Shown one piece after another: positions 46,972 through 61,177 of a stretch of DNA of 64,000 nt. This stretch comes from Mytilus trossulus (lineage: Eukaryota). Positions within the stretch are counted from its first letter, which is position 1; every line of letters begins with the position of its first letter. Below the pieces are notes generated by a model. It worked only from the letters and a program-made list of their open reading frames with translations, was not told where the DNA came from and searched no databases. Position numbers and translations under genes: made by a program. Location of the stretch: NCBI RefSeq assembly GCF_036588685.1, contig NC_086381.1, positions 61,566,001 through 61,630,000 of the forward strand. The letters run 5' to 3'.

Positions 46972-48927
46972 TGTAACTGTGACCTGTGATTCTGACAAAT
47001 TATATCAGAAATTGTATTATTGTAACTGTAATAAAAATTCTTTTCTAAACATACAAGGTTAATTGTCTTTTCTGAATCTTTTACTGTTATCAGATGGAAT
47101 TCCATAACATCATCACATCACAGCTTGCAAAGCAATTAACTCTGACCTAAAACCACGTCACACTGTGTCTGCAAGTGATCAACAAAATTCATTCCGGACT
47201 GAAGTTTTCGGGGTTTAATAAAAATAATTTCCAAAAATTGATTTAGACATTTGATAAGGATGGTGATTATGCAGTGAGATAATAGTTGCAAGTTAAGTTC
47301 TTCTGTAATTCCTTGTTTAAAAAAAATGGAATCTTACTTTTGTTGATCAAGAAAGATCCCTGGGACAAAATGAAGGGAAATTAAGAAATAAATTTCCGGA
47401 TCACATGAAATAATATTTTTATTATAAGGGCCAAACCAGTCAAATCATACAATAACTGGCATAACTCCAATTTTAAAAATTACTTTAACATCATTCATAT
47501 TTTAGAACAAATATTAGATTCCTGCACCTTTCACTACATGCACTAATAATGTAATATTCGTGAAAAGTATACCATCATTATGTAAGTTAACGTGAATATC
47601 TGGAAATGTTAATGGATAGGATTATTAGAATGGTAATTTAGATTTCAAGTCAGAAACATAGGGTTTTGATTGCATTTCATGTAATCTTTACCCAAATATA
47701 ACACAACCAAAATTCATACTTGATCTGTGTTGTATGGTAATAAGCAAAGTGTATAAGTTTCATAACATTTGGTTGAAGCAAATTACAGTTAAAGAACAGA
47801 ATCGAAATATTTAGCAATTTATTTATTTGTAAAGGGGCATAACTCTTTAACAGTAAAAGTGACGCCACCAAAATTTGAACTCGATCTGTTTTATGTGTTA
47901 ATGAGTATTGTGTGTCATTTCATTTGGTTGTGAAAATCTAAAGTTAGAGAACGGAAACGAAAAATTCAGCAATCTGTCCATTTGAAAAGGGGCATAACTC
48001 TAGATTGACACCAACAAAATTCGAACTTGACCTGTGTTTTGTAGTAATTAGCATTGTGCATAGTTGTTATAAAATTTGGTTGAGGCAAACTAAAGCTAAA
48101 TAAGGGAAACCAATTGTGGGACGTACGGACGGATAGACGGAAGACGAACAAGGGTAAAACTTAATGCCCTCTGTTACGGCGGGGGCTTAAATTAAAAGCC
48201 ACATATCCCTTACATTATTTACAAGAGATTATAGAAAATCACAAATTCACCACTCTCTCATCCGGTTTAAACAGCAAAATAATTAACAAAAAACTCCAAT
48301 TTTTGTAATAAATACATAAACTTCAAGATATATGGTTGTGTTGTCAAAATGTTCAAATAAACATTATACAATGTAACAACCATTCATTTGGCTTTAAAAT
48401 TAGAAGATCAATTCATAAGGAAAATCATGTACTAAGTTTCAATTTGACTATACTTCAACTTCATCAACAACTATCATGATTAAAATATTAACCTGAAGAG
48501 GTAGGGATGGAAAAATGGACAGACGTTGCGACGGTACCAACACGAACAGACAAAAAATATACTGTCCCTCAACTAGTCAATTAAAGGTGGGGCTTAAAAA
48601 GGCGGACAAACAGGTGTGAATACTGTTTAGACCAAGATTTTAGGTAAAGTTGAAATATAACAACCATACATTAAGGTGATTAAAAAACAGTTCATCAAAG
48701 TAATCAATATTTTTTTGTTAGCAATTTTGATTGATTGATTATTTGTGCTTTTAATTACTTTGACCAAAATTGCAAAATCCTCAAGGACGTATTTCTGTCC
48801 CTTTGGTATCTTTCGTCCCTCCTTCATTGGTAACAGACGCAGGTGTCCCCTGAGAGAACCACAACCTTTACCAGGAAAACTTAAATGACAAGTTCTTTAA
48901 TATTCAGATTCAGTATGCATAGCTCAC

Positions 48928-49203
48928 CTTTTACTGATTCAGTTTTATCATCATTAGGCTCTAACACTTGTTCAGTTTTATCATCATGAGGCTCTTGTTC
49001 ATTGTTATCATCATGAGGCTCTGGTTCAGTTTTATCATCATGAAGCTCTTGTTTGATAGTAAGAGCTTCCCAGAAATCTGATCTACTATATTCTGAACTG
49101 TCACGTTCTTTCTTGACAAGAGGTTTAGTTTCATCAAAGGTGTGTCCCTTCTGATGAGTAATGTGTAAACCTAACTTTAATGATGCATCTCCTGCTAAAT
49201 TAT
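48928..49203 (-). CDS. Chimeric gene exon 2: acidic linker with four EPHDDKTE-type 27-bp repeats
   Basis: tttcag| acceptor and AAG|gtgag donor; 276 nt open reading frame, phase 1-1. Confidence 0.75.
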
Positions 49204-49477
49204 CTGAAATAAATGATTTAAAATAATGCTACAAAAAGAATACAGCATAATGACATTAAGAGTGAGGAAGACTTCATTTAAATAAAAGCACCTCAGTCTA
49301 TGATTATTGTAATTAACTTGTAAATTAATTTTGCTTGAGAGTTTACTCACTGAAAAATAAACAGAGCCAACGAAAGAAAACATCTGGCAATCCAAAACAG
49401 TAGGGCAGTTGTTTGACCAATAATAACAGATTATAAATGTAACAATTTTGAAATCTTTATTCACATAGTATTACATA

Positions 49478-49752
49478 GATATAGGAAGATGGGGTGTGAG
49501 TGCCAATGAGACAAATCTCCATCCAAATAACAATTTAAAAAGTAAACCATTATAGGTTAAAGTACGTCCTTCAACACGGAGCCTTGGCACACACCGAACA
49601 ACAAGCTATAAAGGGCCCCAAAATTACTAGTGTAAAACCATTCAAACGGGAAAACCAACGGTCTAATCTATATAAACAAAACGAGAAACACGTATATATT
49701 ACATAAACAAACGACAACTACTGTACATCAGATTCCTGACTTAGGACAGGTG
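49478..49752 (+). mobile_element. Abundant dispersed non-autonomous repeat (HINE-like), intronic
   Basis: GATATAGGAAGATG...GCCAATGAGAC...CCTGACTTAGGACAGG; homologous to 34075-34272 and 998-1256. Confidence 0.7.
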
Positions 49753-49846
49753 CAAAATGTATATTATGTAGTTCTTGGTTGTCTAATAATAATACAAATC
49801 AAACCAGTTAATATTGTATATTGTATTGGTCAAAGTCTGCACTTAC

Positions 49847-50153
49847 TGCTGATATTAGATTTATGAGATATTCCACAAGAAGGACAGAAGCTGGTACCAG
49901 AAGTCAAAACTGTGTTGCACTTTTCTCCATTATCAGTAGTACCAGAGCAAACTATGTCTACAAAAAGAGCAGGGTCAATTCTCCCTCCACAGCTGCAACA
50001 GTATTTAAATCCTTCCGTTACAATATTTTTACAGGATGGACATAGTGTTGTCTTAATATCAGGAGCTGTCATCTGCACTTCAGTACCACACTCTGTACAG
50101 AATTTGACTCCAGCTGGAATCTCTGCTCCGCATAATTCCTTTTGGCATTTCAT
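49847..50153 (-). CDS. Chimeric gene first coding exon: three zinc-ribbon (DZR-like) repeats, similar to the N-terminus of molluscan RNF213-like proteins
   Basis: ttttcag| acceptor at 50173, ATG at 50153, A|gtaagt donor. Motifs C..C..KFCTECG, CPSC..KYCCSCG and C..C..SFCPSCG. Confidence 0.8.
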
Positions 50154-50703
50154 CTTAAATGGTGACCTTCCATCTGAAAAAACCAACAGATTTATATCTC
50201 TCTTAATCTTTTTTAATTTTTAATATAGTTTCAAGTCTTAGAATGCCGTAACTTATGTTAAGTGTTGATAAAAACTTTCTAATAAAAATATTTCAAGATA
50301 TATGTTAATGAAAAGATTATATAATTAAGAAAATAAATCACTGCAAAAATGGCTAGAAACAACTGAACACTAAAAAGTATGCATAAAAAAAGTAGATTTA
50401 TAGTATTTTTTTTTAATATTACCTTATTTTGTATCAACCTGAGGCCAAAAGAGTCGGTATAACTCGCTATTTTCCAAATGACTCTTAGCCATTTACATTT
50501 TTGTTTCATTTCAATATGCATTAGGCTGGAATGTGTTTGAAAGAAAATAGAATTTGACACCTTACAGATCTTATTTTAACCACCTCAACAATAACTGTTT
50601 CAACATTTTATTTATGTACTATCAAAGTTACAGTGTGTCCTTACAGGAACATATATATTAGGTATACTGTTCCCGGGTCCTTATTAGACTCAAAGCAAAT
50701 CAC

Positions 50704-50734
<31 letters not shown>

Positions 50735-52729
50735 AAAAAAACAACAACAACAACAACAACAAAAAAAAAAAAATTGTTATCATAGATATATGTCTCGCAT
50801 TTAAGTTGTAATTTCGATAATGCAAATGTTGAAATAAAATTAGCAACAATTTAACATGTAAGTTTTGCAAATATTCAAAGTCAATGAACCATGACTGAAG
50901 GTACTTGGCTAAACAATCTCCATGCAATTGAGATGTGTCAAAATGAATGATAATACAACCATTAACGTATCGTAAGAAGTTTACTTTACATCGTTGTAGG
51001 TGTAATACCACTCAATCATGGTAAAAATCCGGTTGTATATAAGAAAATATTTCGAAAAAATATTCCCATGAATTTGACAGTTGTAGGTAGTTAATCCTAC
51101 ATTTTATTGCAGTAAAAAAAAATCTGTGTCAAAAACATATGTCTTATGTATTTCAGGGCACCATTCTTTTTTATTATCTGGGGTATCTATATAATGTTTT
51201 GGAAACTTGAGCTTACGTGGTTACTGAAGCTTGTACACAGGTTAAATAAGAGGAGAAATTTAATTGGTTAACTTCCAGTGATGGTTATTTTCTAACATGC
51301 ATATGCAATGAAATGTTATATGAATATTTTTCTATAGTACAGGACAGGATAAAACTTTACTCATGCCAGGTATTTCTTTATTTGAAACAAATATGAATTC
51401 TGCATAATTTTTTGAAAAGTTCAAATTTTACAAAGACTAAGAGGGAAAGCTGTACATGCACCTTTGACCTTGTGAGTACTCTCATGTGTTAAAATATCTT
51501 GCTATTTGAGTGAAATATTGCAAAAATGAAATATTCTGAGTGGATTAAGTCTCCAAACAAATGTTATTAGAAAATGTCCTTGAAATAGGACTCTACCATG
51601 AATATTCAGTTGACAGAATAAGCCATATTTAGTGTTTTGGGGAGTTTTTTCTCATTATTTCTTATATTCTGCTATGATAGAACATTTTCCTAAGAAATAC
51701 TATAATAAAAATATATTTATAAGTAAATGATTTTTTTAATGCTGTTACGACAAATTATTTACTAAAAGAGAAGCTTTTTATGTCCCTCAAGAACGCGGTA
51801 TACATTTGATTTTTACGTAAGGACTTATTGAAACCTCCTTAAAGGCAGTAAACTTTTATATTGATTGTTCATTCTGCTTGAATACTTTAATTACCGATTT
51901 CTTAAATAATTCTATCATAAATGAGTAAAAGTTACCCAATTATTTTTTATATATTGGCCTGAAAAGATGAAATTTTGAGGAAATGAGAGGTATATTGAAT
52001 AAATTGACAAAAAGAGCTCTAAAAAAGAAGGCAGAGAGGTCCATTAGTGGTATTTATCTTTATAAAATCATATTTTGTGTCATACATGTATTTAACTGTT
52101 TAAAGGCAGATGAGATAAATATTTGATCATGTATAGGTCCACACTATATTCTATCATGATGCGGCTTGGTTTGAATTTGTCGAAGAACTTTGCTCGAATC
52201 GCTGTAGATGTCGTCTTTCATATTTATCATAGGTTTGTTGATAATGACAAAACTTGACAGGAATGCTTAAAATAACCTGTATTACATAGGGGAAAAGTCA
52301 CATTCAAGTTTATTAAACAAAAATGTCTTCTTTAAGTGTACTACCACCAAATCATGGTACGTCACATGACTCAGGGGATGGGGTCAAATAATCTACATGT
52401 AAATAAGATATACCAGTGCTTATACGACTGCATACCAATTATCATTAACTTACTTCTAGTGGTTCCCCATAAACTGACCTAATTACAAATTCAAACATGA
52501 AAACTATGCAAAAATTTTAAGGTAAATAAACCATGACTGAGGTGGCGGGGTCAAATAATCTCGATGGAAATGAGATATGCCAATGCTAATACAACTGCAT
52601 GCCAATTATCATTAACTTACCACTAGTGGTTCCCCATAAACTGACCAAATCACAAACTAATACATGAAAACAAAGCAGAAATTAATTTCTGGTCAAAGAG
52701 CAATTATAACTCAATAACATAATAAAATT

Positions 52730-53204
52730 AACCAGAGTGTCCGGAGAAAACCATCGACCTTCGATAGCAAACCTGACAATCACAGTCAATGAAGATTGGA
52801 GTCGAGTGCACCTGCACGAGCGGGGTTCGAACTAACAACCTCTATGGTCGAGTTCACTTGAAACTCTCGAGTTAACTTTACTTACTCGGGTTTCAACAAA
52901 ACGACTTTACTTGAACCACTCGAGTTAACCCCCTCGTACCCTGGTTCCAATCCTCACCGAGCCAGGGTTAAACTCAAGAAACTCTTGAATGACGTCAAAC
53001 CAATGAGAATATTTTATTTTTTATGCTTGGTCAGGGCCTTACCCCAGAGTTACTTATGGTTGTTCCGAATATCAACTCTAGTGCGTTCACGTGATAATCT
53101 ATTAACTCTGAAGTCGATTGAAGAGTTTCAAGTGAACTCGGCCGCCAGTGTTGACTGGCTTTGATTACAGTAGTAACTACTTGGACCACTCGACCACCGA
53201 GCCC
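52730..53204 (-). mobile_element. tRNA-derived SINE fragment interrupted by a MITE
   Basis: On the minus strand, an A-box GGTGGTCGAGTGG and a B-box GTTCGAACCC lie on opposite sides of the insertion. Confidence 0.7.
52846..53143. mobile_element. MITE (PIF/Harbinger-like GG...CC ends)
   Basis: GGTCGAGTTCACTTGAAACTCT ... AGAGTTTCAAGTGAACTCGGCC, a 22-bp TIR with one mismatch. Confidence 0.8.
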
Positions 53205-56200
53205 TCTTCAAACGACTGAATAACTATAACAACTGTCATAGTAAGGGAGCTACCATTTGATTTTTAGGGGGGGGGGGCTAGGATGACAAATTTTGTCCTG
53301 CATTGTTTTTTAGCTGTAATCTCTGTCCTGCTTTTTTATCCAGTTTTCACTCTATCCGGTCCTGCTTTTTTTTTTTTAGTTTTTGACTTTTTTTACATAA
53401 ATTGTCATCCTAATTTTATTTTTTTTTGCAAGTGTCTCATCCTGCCTTTTTTTTTATTACTCAAAACTCCTGTCCTGTCTATTTTTTTCAAATGTCATCC
53501 TAAAATCGGGAAATAATTCCAAATTGAAAAATGACAAACAGTGTTGAAGCGTGAAAAAATAACACGTAGCTTTATTTTCAGTGGTCACAATGCAAAAATT
53601 ATGTACTTTTAACATGCATGACATGTCAATGTATAAAAAAATACTTTTCAAAAATAAAAGAAGTATTTTTTGCGAGAAAAAAAATGATTTTTGTGACATT
53701 TTTTGATTTTTTTATGAAAATGTTGCCAATTTTCATATTTTTTTTTCATTTCTTATATATTTTCGACTTGAAACCCAAATTAATGATCTTCGTATTATTC
53801 AAAAGTTCATTACTTTTTTAATACATATCGTTATCACTGCATTATTATGGATTTTATACACTTATACACACTCCCCCTTTTCAATCAAATTTCGGAAATC
53901 GCTTTCTCTGTTAATTTCCCTCAAGTTAACGGACCTAAACGCTTCGAAAAAGAGTATGAATAGCAATGAAGGCATTTTTTTCGTTTTTTTTTGTACAAAT
54001 ATAACGCAAAGTATAAACAAAATTAAAAGGACCATAGAAGCTGAGATATCAACGTTTTTTTCTTGTTAGAAAACCAATATCTTATTGTTCTTAGTCAATT
54101 TGCACTTACAAAAGGCAGAGCTAATGAATAACTATTGAAAAATGCTTCTTTTTCAATTGGATCAATGCACATTTTAGTTTTGCAACTAAAAGTACGCAAA
54201 AAGGTGTCAAATCTGATATTTTCCCAATGAACTTGAACGTGAGATATGTCAACCTTTTTTTCCTACCGTTTTAACCATCGCTTACGGTAGACTTATTATA
54301 GAAAAGTGACTCTCAAAAATTCCTAGAACAAGTAGTTTTCAAACTCCGTAAATTGTTTTTTTTTCATTTTCATCACCCACGCAATATTTATATTACGAAC
54401 TGTTCAAAATTATTGCCGTGAAAGCACATTTCTTGTGAACATACCGATTTATTTATGGTATATTTTGATTTTCTTACGGATTCATGCAAGTATTTAGTTT
54501 TTCAAGTTAAAATCGTGAAAATACTTTCAGTTTCATGTACCGTGTATTCTAAAATAGTGCACGGACCGGCATATTTCTGTTTAGATAAATCGATAAGTAA
54601 ATTAATCAACATACCCTTTTGAATTGCAACCGAAATTGATAATCCTTTGCACAGCTACTCTCAAAAGTTAAGCGAAATAGATCGGTTCTAAATTACTGCT
54701 GGTAACTATAGACGCTTTCCTTTTGTACCGGGTTGTCCTAAAAGATGTCTTCTATACTCCGAACCCGCTTTTTCAATTTCCGCAACTTCTTTTCTATGAA
54801 CATGTTTATATATAGAGTGATCAGACAATCTAAATATTTAACATGTCACAAATTAAATAAGTTACTGTAGAATTAAGTTTTTAAATGATTTTTTTTTTTT
54901 ATTTCATTTATTTTATTTTTAATTTTTCACCGGACATCGTTTGACAACAATGCCTCTCTATTCGGTCCACATGCTATAAATACTTTAATATATAGGGATA
55001 TCTATTCATTCAGTTGACAAATTTTGAATTCTTCGTAGATATTTGAAATACAATAAATGTTCTACCTCAGGCGTACATATTACTTAAGCCGTATTTTAAA
55101 TAGGATTACGTGTTTTTTAAATATTCTTCGAATGTTTACTTGGTTTGAGCGTCACCGGTGAGTTTTATGTAGTTTTTGGGTATATAATTAAAATTGTTTT
55201 AGAACGTTTATGGCTTATTATACAGTGTTGGCTATTGCTTCTTGCTTTAGGCCATACGATAAGCTATTATAATAGTTGTTTATCTCAAAGCATTTAGTCT
55301 CTGGTATACAGAGATCATAGTGTCCTTTTTATAATACTTATCTAGGTACCGAGCTTATAATATGATATCATCAGGCTTCTTATTCTAAATACGGATTAAC
55401 AATTAAAGAGGAGTAATGTCAGAGGGTCAACGATGACCTGACACTTCGTTGTATTCTAGACATGTAACAACTGTGTGCTGTTTACGAGTTCTATAACCAG
55501 TGGTAATTATGGTTGGCGATGCACCATGTTCATTGTGTATGTATAGTTTCTCTTATTTAATATATGTCAGTAACAGCGAAGTATCAGGAATTGTTCCAGT
55601 AAAGCAAAAAGCTTCACAGGCTCAGTTTTAAAATATGAATTTCGACTGTCTTATATTGTTAAAATTCACAAACAAAAAACTGCATTATTTGTAATAGATT
55701 AGATTTATTTCTTTTATTTTAAAAGAAATCGATTATTCACGGAAACACCTGCAGAATGACAAAAAAAAACTATATATAGGTTTAGCCGAACTATATCCCG
55801 CAAATTCATATTAGTTGTTAAATATCTATATATATATATCTAAGCTTTGAATACTGGTAAGACATTATTGCTTGCATTTTTAACTGCAAACCTTTTGACT
55901 GCACAAATGTGAGTGAAAATAAATGCAGTCGTAATAAAAAAAAATACGTTAAGAAATTAAAGTGTTTGTAAAGTATATAATCCCAAATGTCAAAATAAGG
56001 GTCACTTTAGTTTGTATATCACCGCATTCTACTTTTGCATCTACGGTCAGTTGGTCGTCAGTCATGAAAAGTTCAGTTTACTTAAGATAAATCTTTTCTT
56101 AAGTTTTTTTTGTGAAACCGACTTCTGTATCTAAAGTTTGGTAAACCTTAGTTTTGCAGCTATATATGTCGCGAATTGCATCCATATCATAGTGACATGA

Positions 56201-57289
56201 TTTTAGTTTATGACCATCCCCTATCATATGATGTATATGCATACTTAGTTTGAAAAAAACAGGTTCAACGGTTCAAAAGATATGGACCGGACACAAACAA
56301 GACAAGCACGAATCAAAGACTGTTTGAAAACTTGACGGCTAAAATGTCAATGTCAATGTCAAAATTAATTTATGAAGAACCACGTGCCATCCCATAATAC
56401 ATCTCTGAACTAAGTGTATCTAACATCAGTTTTATAGTTCAAAGCAATGCATTTTATATTTGAAATTATTGGTTTTTGGATGAACTCTATATCTGTTTAC
56501 ATTCATAAGTGACCTGATTTAATTCGACACGGGCCACAAACAAGTTTGGGACTGATGGACGGACAGACTTAAAAATGTGATTCATATATCCTCTTTAACT
56601 TTGCTTGTGGTTGTATTAAACATGTAAGATAGTGATTTCCGATCTTGACATTGTTTTAGGCTGGTAACAAACAGGAGACTATTGTCACTGTTGCTGTGAC
56701 AAAAAACGTCTACTTGTTACTGTCTTCCCTCCCTTTTACTCGTCCAACATACAAATATTTCATCATATTTTTTTTATTTTGGATGGCACACCATCAATTA
56801 TAGTTAATATTAACACTTTAAAGGTCATATATTTTTTTATTATACGTCGTTTTTGTAGAAATTACCGGTTTACCTTTAGTATAGTAAAAACGTCAAAATA
56901 ACGTCAATTATCGCCAAACCATGAACGATATGCAACTAAGAATCAGAGAGACGTTATCATAGTATCATGTAAAGTAAAATTTGAATTAATTATATTACCA
57001 GCTGCTTCAAATAAGACAATAATACCACGAAAGTGTTATTCTTTCAAATTTTAATGAATGACCTTTGACCCCAATTTAAAAAAAAAAATGCACCATATTT
57101 CACTTTTACGACGGGGAAAAATGGAATCTACACATGTTTTCCTTTCGAATGATATATTAATATAGCTGTGTGTTAGATAGGTGCATTAAAAATATTTTTT
57201 AGGTCTGAATGTCACTCGCCTATCAAGTGTTAAATCATTATGGAAAGGCAGTCAATAAATACAAAATAAATGCAAAATTAAATATTTAA

Positions 57290-57702
57290 GAGGCTGTCCA
57301 AGTAAATATCAGGCAAATCCTATGATATGGGTGGCACAACATAACTTTCCCCCCCACTGAATTTTTGATACCAATGCAATGTTTATATCATACAAAGGAT
57401 ATGAATGTCAAATATATTTTTGAATCAACAGTGGATGGCTCAGAAAAAGATTGTAAAGTTCACTAACAATGCAACAAAATTTTGTACAAAATGAAGAGTT
57501 ATTCAACTTATCTCCCCTTTTCGATGAATTTTCAGTGCTTTCTATGTATTATTTTTCTCTTTATTTGTTGCTTTTAATAAAAAAAAAAAAAAAAAAAAAG
57601 TTTGAGAAAGAATGAATTTGTGATATGAAATAGATAAAAAATAATTTGAAAACAAAATATGTTATGTGCCATCCACTGCCTGGTTTTTCCATGAAAACCC
57701 TC
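57290..57702. mobile_element. Non-autonomous TIR element with TTAA TSD (Kolobok-type)
   Basis: TTAA|GAGG..CAGGCA..TGGCAC..ATAAC and GTTATGTGCCA..TGCCTG..CCTC|TTAA form imperfect TIRs. Confidence 0.6.
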
Positions 57703-58156
57703 TTAAAAGATCTTATATCGGTCTGTTTAATTATTTCTCAATGTTAAATATCTTTTCTCTTTTAAGAAACTAATACCTCAGTCATGTGTCAGTTTGAATT
57801 AAATCCTGAAGCATTATATAAAGTATGCTTTCCTAAAGATTCTCACCTCACTATCTGGCATTTCTATACTTTCATGCCTACCTAACAGTATTATATGAAG
57901 TATGTTTTATTAGGGGGAAAATAAAGTTTTCCTAAAGATTCTATCCTCCCTACCTAACATAAATTTCCATGCCTACCCTAGTAACCTTTGTAATGGACTT
58001 TGTATTAATGCAATGTAAAGTGCAGACATTTTTTGCAAAAGCACAGACTATTTTTCTATAGAGGCTATGCAAAACAAAACAAGAGGCTCCTAAGATTCTG
58101 TATCGCTCACATGTATGTCAAAATTAAAATAAAAAGGCAAATACTGGAAAATTAGA

Positions 58157-58850
58157 CAAACTAGAGGCTCTTAAAAGCCTTTGTCGCTCACCTTGGTCTA
58201 TGTGCATATCATAAACAAAGGACACAGATGATATCTCTATCTATATAATGAACTTGGCCCAGTAGTGTAAAAATTTACAACATTTCAAAAATTATAAATA
58301 TTGTTAAAATTGATTATAAAGGGCAATAACACCTTAAGGGGTCAATGGACTATTTTGATCATGTTGACTTATTTGTAGGTCTTACTTTGCTGTAAATTAT
58401 TGCTGTTTACAGTGTATCACTACCTCTAACAATATTCAAGATAATAACCAAAAGCTGCACAATTTTCTTAAAATTAACAATTCAGGGGCAGCAATCTAAC
58501 AACAGGTTGCCTGATTGGTCTGAAAATTTCAGGGCAGATAGACCTTGACATATAGAACATTTGTATCTTCGTCAGATTTGCTTTAAATGCTTTGGTTTCT
58601 GATATTCAAGCCAAAAACTGCATTTTACCATATGTACTATTTTTAGCCATGTCGGCCATCTTGGTTCTCAGGCATGTTAATTGAACACATTTTTTAAACT
58701 AGATACCCTAATGATGATTGTGGACAAGTTTGGTTAAATTCATATAAGCAGTTTCAGAGGAGACGATTTTTGTAAAAGAAAACAAGAGAATACGAAAAAT
58801 TGTTAATAGGTCAACTGACCATTTTGGTCTTAAAGACTTTATCTCTATCT
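58157..58850 (+). mobile_element. HINE-like element fragments
   Basis: AAACTAGAGGCTC..GTCGCTCACC head (also at 58078 and 59597), with internal GGCCATCTTGG and GGGCAATAAC motifs shared with other copies. Confidence 0.55.
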
Positions 58851-59596
58851 ATAATAATTGCTGATTATTTTATATCATATGGTAAAAAGGAGAAATACAT
58901 TAACATTTCATCGATGTTTCAGGGCCGCTACAATATGCTTTTTGTCATATAAACATTCAGGCGTATTGCTTTTCTGCTAATTTTTCAGAGTAAAAAAAAA
59001 TGCTTTTCTGGAAACTTAAAGTGAACGTTTCCATGTAGAATTTGTAGTATTACTTTCCCGAAATCACATCTTTGAATATGAAATGCATACTACTGTTACA
59101 AAAACATTTCATGCTGCCACAAGCCGTTGTTTCAGGTTTATAAAAGAGAGACAGTCAAACTCCCTTAAAATTAGGAAAAAAATGGTGGGGTAAAATTTAG
59201 TCGATAGCATCAAGTTGCAAGGACAAAAAATCAGTTTTTCGAAAATGGCTGACACATTTCTTTGGTATGGCTTAATTACCAAACAATAAGAATGCTTTGT
59301 AGAACTAATTTCTGATGCTCCATCTGACGACAAATGCATGAAGTTTGCAGATTACACATTGGAAATTTTTATAGATGAAAATTCAAGATTTGATTTCTAC
59401 CAACCATGATGGGCATCACCTCCTGACACTGAGAAAAAAGAGAAAAACGAATGGTGCGAAGTCTTTCCGTGTCCACTTAAACGAGCAGTTTTACGCTTGC
59501 CATTCTAACATTTTTTTCCTTGTCGATGTGCTACTAAAACTGCAAACAACATTAAACATAAAGATGTGATTTAGATTTATTTCAGCATCCATTCCT

Positions 59597-60937
59597 AAAC
59601 TAGAGAATCTCAAGAGCCTGTGTTGCTCACCTGACTCTACTTGGGTTTTAAAAATCATAAAAAAGATAAAAATCATAACAGATACTTAAATAATGATTGA
59701 GGTCGAATTTGGTTTGATATTCCTGTTACTTGATAATAAATCCCTGTGGCCATCTTCAAAAGTAAATCAGCAACAAAGTAATAACACTTCATCAGCACCT
59801 CATATGGAACATTCATGCTATGTTCTCTGAAAGAACACATTTGTATGTATTACCCATAGGGTCCTACATTGTATGTTAAACTAAGTTCCCACTGGCTGCC
59901 ATCTTGGATGATGGATTGGCTATGAGGTAACAACACTTGGTCAGCTCCTCATAAGGAACATCCATGTCATGTTTCGTTCCGTTCCATTCTTTGGTTATCT
60001 GAAGGATGACATTTGTATGTTTTTCCCGTAGGGTCCTCTGTTAAACTAAGACTCCTCTGGTGGCCATCTTGGATGATTGATCGGTTACAAAGTAACAACA
60101 CTTTGTCAGCACCAGGAACATTCATGCCAAGTTTGGTTCCATTCCGTTCTGTGGTTTTCTGAAAGAAGACATGTGTGTATATTTATTTCCAATAGGGTCC
60201 TCTGTTAAACTAAGCCCCGTCTGGTGGCCATCTTGGATGATGGATCGGCTACAAAGTAACAACACTTTGTCAGAACCTCATAAGGAACATTCATGCCATG
60301 TGTAGATTCATTGCATTTTGTGGTTCTCTAAAAGAAGACGTGTGTATGTATATCCCATGGGATCCTATGTTAAACTTAGTCTTCCGCTGGTGGCCACGTT
60401 GGATGATGAATCTACTACAGCGTAACAACACTTGGTCGGCACCTCATAAGGAACATTCATACAATGTTTGATTTCATTCCGTTCTGTGACTCTCTTTAAG
60501 AAGGCATCTTTATGTTTTTCCTATATGGTCCTATGTTAAACTAATTCCCACGCTGGTTGCCATATTGAATGATGGATCGGCTAAAAGTAGCAACACTTGG
60601 TCCGCACCTCATAAGAAACATTCATGCTATGCTTGGTTTCATTCGCATTCAGTGGTTTTCTAAAAGAAAACATTTGTATGTATTTCCCATTGGGTCCTTT
60701 GTTAAACTAAGTCCTCCGTTGGCAGCCGTCTTGGATGTTGGATTGGATAAAAAGTAACAATACTTGGTCAGCACTTCATAAGGAACATTCATGCCATGGT
60801 TGGTTACATTTCATTCAGTGGTTTTCTAGAAGATGTTCAAAATGTAAAAGATAACAACGACGACGACGGACGACGGACGACGGACGTCAAATGATGAGAA
60901 TAGCTCATTTGGTCCTTTGGGCCAGGTGAGCTAAAAA
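59597..60937 (+). mobile_element. HINE-like element with a central array of ~6.5 x ~165-bp tandem repeats
   Basis: Head AAACTAGAG..GCTCACCT. GCCATCTTGGATGA-type anchors at ~59898, 60062, 60226, 60392, 60559 and 60725. GACG microsatellite and terminal AGCTCA..TGG.CC..GGGCCAGGTGAGCT hairpin. Confidence 0.85.
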
Positions 60938-61177
60938 GGAGAAGATTGGCTACCTCGTTGAACAAAACTCAAAACTTGTCAACGGTGACTTTGCTTACGT
61001 TAAACAGGTATTCCTTAATTATTTTCTCGGAAGTAAAAATATTTTTTTTCTGGAATCGTTTCTTTTTTCCTTGAAAAGTATTAAAGGTATTTATTTCCTG
61101 AAACATATTTTTTTTTACCAGAAACGTCATTTTGTATATCCGGAAAAGTAAAACGCCGTCAAATTCTAGTCCTATAA

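Noticed and set aside
50279-59676. Numerous 60-100 aa F/L/I/K-rich ORFs in AT-rich DNA
   Set aside because: Compositional noise within repeats and introns; no motifs or splice-phase support.
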